This document shows, in pieces, positions 32,683 to 35,872 of a DNA stretch of 35,872 nucleotides. Position 1 is the first letter of the stretch. Each line of letters starts with the position of its first letter. A program made the translations under genes and the position numbers. The DNA is taken from IMG/VR virus record IMGVR_UViG_3300036790_000265, positions 64,001 to 99,872 of that record. The stretch is one strand, 5' to 3'. This DNA is from a virus (lineage: Duplodnaviria; Heunggongvirae; Uroviricota; Caudoviricetes). The notes under the pieces are model-generated. The model was not told the origin of the DNA. It saw only the letters and a list, made by a program, of their open reading frames with translations, and did not search any database.

Positions 32683-33615
32683 TCACACGACGCGAGTGGT
32701 GGTTTCCGGGTTGCCTGCCTGCGCGGCCTGAGCAGCGATATCGATCTGGTAGATGCGGCTCATGAGGAGGGTGAACCGGGAACCGGTGTAGACGTTCGGG
32801 CAGTTGGTGCAGACCACCTTGTCTTCCCAGCCGCCCGACCGGGCACCAGGTTGCACGAGGGTGGCCTTGCCGTTGCAGCCGTCGCAGCGGACCTCGGTGA
32901 TCCGCCTGCGGGGGAGAGTCAGGCCGAGAGCGCCACGGACCTTACCAGTCAGGGCGAAGAACTCGGCCGCGGCCTGAGTGCCGTTGAGGGAGACACGTTC
33001 CCACGCCTGCCCGGACCGGTCGATGACGAACCGGCCCCGCTCGGTGCCTTCCTTGTCGGCGTTGATGATCTCCTCGACGCGGCTCTGAGGGATGGCCCGT
33101 TTCATCAGTTGCGGGCCGAGGCTGAGGAGGACATCGAAGTTGCCGCCGATGTACTCGCGGCCGTCCCACCGGCCGGCCATCGTCTCGCACGCGACAGCGA
33201 GGCGCACGCCGTCGCGGCGGCGGTGATCCGGGCCGGCCGGGTGGGGGGTGAGGCGCGCCTGGGTACGGACCGCGGTCTCCCACGAGCAGGCGATATGCAC
33301 GATCTCGCACATGAGCGCTTCGACGTCAGCGGCCAGCGGGATCGGTGCTTCCCTGGACCCGGACACCCGTTCGTCGCCGCCCTGGCCGATCCGGCCGAGG
33401 ATGAGCCGCAACTCGACGTACCGCTGCGGTAGCTCGCCGATGTCCTGGCGGAGGTACCGGGTGTCGGTGACACACAGGTTCCGGGGCCCCTGTTTCGGAG
33501 TGCCGAGGTAGTCGCGTTCCTCGCACCGGTTCCCGCGGGCGCACGGGATCGTCCCGGTTTCGTCGTCGTGGCTGGTGTCTGGCTCTGGTGCATGCCCTTT
33601 GTGACGACGTGACAC
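32683..33615 (-). CDS. Zinc-ribbon protein, probable late transcription regulator (310 aa)
   Basis: AGGGAGG RBS, GTG 33615. N-terminal C-x5-C...C and C-terminal RCDGC...VCTNC motifs; typical position before the terminase genes. Confidence 0.6.
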   Translation of the reverse strand: MSRRHKGHAPEPDTSHDDETGTIPCARGNRCEERDYLGTPKQGPRNLCVTDTRYLRQDIGELPQRYVELRLILGRIGQGGDERVSGSREAPIPLAADVEALMCEIVHIACSWETAVRTQARLTPHPAGPDHRRRDGVRLAVACETMAGRWDGREYIGGNFDVLLSLGPQLMKRAIPQSRVEEIINADKEGTERGRFVIDRSGQAWERVSLNGTQAAAEFFALTGKVRGALGLTLPRRRITEVRCDGCNGKATLVQPGARSGGWEDKVVCTNCPNVYTGSRFTLLMSRIYQIDIAAQAAQAGNPETTTRVV

Positions 33616-33713
33616 TCGTGCGCCCTCCCTGGTCAGTCCCTTGATCAGGTGAACTACACGGACGTGATTTCGATTCCAGCAGGCCGGCCAGCGGACGGGG
33701 CAGCACATGATCA

Positions 33714-33752
33714 GGCCCGGCCGTCCCCGCTTGCGGTGGGGCCGGCCGGGCC
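33714..33752 (-). terminator. Strong GC hairpin after the RCC1-repeat gene
   Basis: 10-bp perfect stem GGCCCGGCCG/CGGCCGGGCC extended by CCCC/GGGG. Confidence 0.55.
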
Positions 33753-33770
33753 GTCTTGCCGCCTACGGGG

Positions 33771-35057
33771 CTAGGCGGCGAGCGCGACGTCGTTCGCGGT
33801 TGTGCTGATCATCGGCGTCCCTCCTGGGACGTTGATCGTTTCGACGTGGACCGGTGCCAGGTTGACCGCAGTGGTCGAGCCGTCACCGATCTGCCGGTAC
33901 TGGCCGTTCCCCCACGCCCACACCTGACCGCTTGTGTCGATCGCGTAGCTGGTGGCTCCGCCGGAGGCCAGGATCGAGTACGTCACGCCGGCTGGTGCGT
34001 AGAACTGGACCGGCAGGGTCTCGTTCGTGGTGCCGCCGTCGCCGAGCTGGCCCCATTGATCGTTACCCCACGCGAGCAAGGTCCCGTTGCTGCACATCAC
34101 GAGCATCTGCCCGTTCGCAGGCGCCGACCCGCCTTGCGTCATCTGGGTCACGTCGCAGCCGGTGTTCACCTGCTGCGGGACGTCGGCGTTCGTGGTGGTG
34201 CCGTTGCCGAGCTGCCCGGAGGAGTTCTCACCCATGGTGAACACCTGCCCGGAAGTGGTCAAGATCGCCGCGTCGTCCTGCGATTCGGTGAGCGCCGCCA
34301 CCGTTGAGGTAGTGGCCCCCGCGAAGCCTTTGACTGTGACGGGGCTGGTGTAGTCCTTGCCCTTAGTGCCGTTGCCTGCCACACCATCGGTGCCCTGGCC
34401 GCAGAACTGGACACCAGCGGAATCGAGCACGTCCAGGTGCTCGTCGGCCGCCGCGACCTCGCTCACGGTTCCGAACGCGGTCAGTTCCTCGGGCTGGTCC
34501 TGCATCTGGGTGGTGCCGTCGCACAGCCAGCCGCCGAGGTTGTACCCCCAGCCCCAGAGGTTGCCTGCGGTGTCTACGGCCAGGCCGCCGTCGAACGGCA
34601 TCGCGTCAGTGGGGATGAACTGGATGAGCGTCGCCGAGCCGTCCGCCTGCGGCGGGAACTGCACCTGGACAGGTGTGGTGAGCGAATCGGCGGTGGTGCC
34701 GTTGCCGAGCTGGCCTTTGGTACCTTGGCCCCACGCCCAGAGAGTGCCGTCCGTCAGGAGCGCGTACTGGGTGGAGTTGGATGTGCCGACCTGCTTGACT
34801 GGGGCCGGGAAGGTGAACGCGGCCGGGGCCGGGATCGGGTCGGTGTCGCCGCCGCCGTTCGAGCCGAAGTACTGGCCCCAGTGGTCCGCCTCGTCGGGTG
34901 ACGTGAGGACGTACGGCGGTGGCGGCGCTTTCTTGGCGACGTAGATGTGCGCTACGGCGGCGGCCGGGGCGTGCACTGTCGCAGCGGATACGGGGGCCAC
35001 GGCCAGCGCGGGGAGCGTGAGCGCGGCGAGGACGGTCAGGGCATGCCTGATCGACAT
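33771..35057 (-). CDS. Secreted RCC1/BLIP-II-like beta-propeller protein (428 aa)
   Basis: AAAGGA RBS, ATG 35057, signal peptide (MSIRHALTVLAALTLPALAVAPVSA). At least five RCC1 repeats, e.g. LLTDGTLWAWGQGTKGQLGNGT and IDTSGQVWAWGNGQYRQIGDGS. Confidence 0.85.
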   Translation of the reverse strand: MSIRHALTVLAALTLPALAVAPVSAATVHAPAAAVAHIYVAKKAPPPPYVLTSPDEADHWGQYFGSNGGGDTDPIPAPAAFTFPAPVKQVGTSNSTQYALLTDGTLWAWGQGTKGQLGNGTTADSLTTPVQVQFPPQADGSATLIQFIPTDAMPFDGGLAVDTAGNLWGWGYNLGGWLCDGTTQMQDQPEELTAFGTVSEVAAADEHLDVLDSAGVQFCGQGTDGVAGNGTKGKDYTSPVTVKGFAGATTSTVAALTESQDDAAILTTSGQVFTMGENSSGQLGNGTTTNADVPQQVNTGCDVTQMTQGGSAPANGQMLVMCSNGTLLAWGNDQWGQLGDGGTTNETLPVQFYAPAGVTYSILASGGATSYAIDTSGQVWAWGNGQYRQIGDGSTTAVNLAPVHVETINVPGGTPMISTTANDVALAA

Positions 35058-35114
35058 GGGATCCTTTCCCATACATTGGTGGGTTGCGGGGACCTATCAG
35101 CGGGGGGTCAGAGA

Positions 35115-35510
35115 TCAGCGGCCCGGGTCCGCTGAGAGAACGCGCGCATTTCCGGGTGCTCGGCCACCGATCCGGAGAAGCAGGCTGGAGTACTCGAGGG
35201 CTTCGGATTCGTCGGGGCCATCTGCTGCCTCAGCGGCGAGAAGCCGGATCAGGGTCCAGTCGCGTTCGGTGAGGCACTGGCCGCCGTCGATGATCGCCAA
35301 CAGGGCGGGGATCAGCGCGCCGGCGACGCCAACAATGTGGGCCATGAGGTTGGCGTCATCGAGGCAGGGTTCGCCGACCGGCTTATGGTCGGGGAAGTAG
35401 GCGCGTAGCGCGTCGCGGCCGGGGGCGGTGAGCGCGGTCACGAGCTGGCGGGCCTCGGTGAGGATGCGCTGACGGTCGTCAGCGGCCGGCGGGTCGTCGA
35501 CAGTGGTCAC
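35115..35510 (-). CDS. Hypothetical helical protein (131 aa)
   Basis: GTG 35510 overlapping the upstream stop (GTGA). Confidence 0.55.
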   Translation of the reverse strand: MTTVDDPPAADDRQRILTEARQLVTALTAPGRDALRAYFPDHKPVGEPCLDDANLMAHIVGVAGALIPALLAIIDGGQCLTERDWTLIRLLAAEAADGPDESEALEYSSLLLRIGGRAPGNARVLSADPGR

Positions 35511-35698
35511 GCTGCGGCCACCAGTTCGCAGGCGGGTGCGCAGTCGCGGCACACCTTGACCGGCTGTCGGTCTGGGGTGTGGCCGATAGTGACGGCGGTC
35601 GAGCCGAGGCGGCGGCGGCAGTTGGGGGTGGCGCAGCGGTGGCCCGCGTGCTGGGCGGGGGTTAGACTGCGCGGGTCGATTCGTGGGGTGGCGGGCAC
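35507..35698 (-). CDS. Small zinc-binding-like protein (63 aa)
   Basis: AGGAGG RBS, GTG start; LTPAQHAGHRCATPNC...VKVCRDC. Confidence 0.7.
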   Translation of the reverse strand: MPATPRIDPRSLTPAQHAGHRCATPNCRRRLGSTAVTIGHTPDRQPVKVCRDCAPACELVAAA

Positions 35699-35747
35699 TG
35701 TTTAGCCTCCTGACCAGCGCCTATGTCTTGATTACCCTCACGTATCC

Positions 35748-35872
35748 GGTGGCGTGGTAGCCGACCGGGTCGATAAGAGGCGCCTGATGGTCGGGCTGCA
35801 GATCGCCATGGGATTCCAGGCGCTGGCGCTCGGCCTGCTCACGGTGACCGGCTCGGTGCGGTTCTGGGAGGT
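35748..35872 (+). pseudogene. 5'-truncated MFS transporter gene fragment (probably host), runs off the right edge
   Basis: The frame reads GGVVADRVDKRRLMVGLQIAMGFQALALGLLTVTGSVRFWE (MFS motif A followed by a TM helix). Upstream the frame turns non-MFS-like and hits TAG at 35703-35705. Confidence 0.7.

Larger units (their letters stand above)
1..35745 (-). mobile_element. Siphovirus-like prophage, late (packaging/head/tail) region; continues beyond the left edge
   Basis: Co-oriented minus-strand TerS-TerL-portal-MuF-protease-capsid-neck-tail tube-chaperone-tape measure-tail tip genes. The right boundary is inferred from the truncated MFS gene at ~35748. Confidence 0.93.

Noticed and set aside
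1-35872. CRISPR array, rRNA, integrase, lysin/holin, IS elements
   Set aside because: No regularly spaced repeats, rRNA-like sequence or recognisable catalytic motifs were found.

Overview
High-GC (actinobacterial-type) sequence almost entirely occupied by the late (packaging, head and tail) region of a siphovirus-like prophage, read right to left on the minus strand. The order is: putative late regulator and HTH genes, TerS, TerL, portal, about 10 small genes, MuF-type head protein, prohead protease/scaffold, major capsid, head-tail genes, tail tube, frameshifted tail chaperone, tape measure, a 1680-aa tail-tip protein, and a tail-fibre-like gene running off the left edge. The head module carries unusual cargo: a 2H phosphoesterase (Acb1-like) fused to MuF, a Tad2/DUF2829-like gene, and a ParB/Srx-like domain fused to the portal. 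Further downstream of the portal lie a degenerate tRNA-Gln(CTG), a compact three-way-junction RNA candidate beside it, and an inverted 5-gene cassette driven by a promoter covered by three 24-bp-phased palindromic operators. At the right edge a 5'-truncated MFS transporter gene suggests a prophage-host junction. No integrase, replication or lysis genes are visible. All family assignments come from motif recognition by eye; no searches were run.
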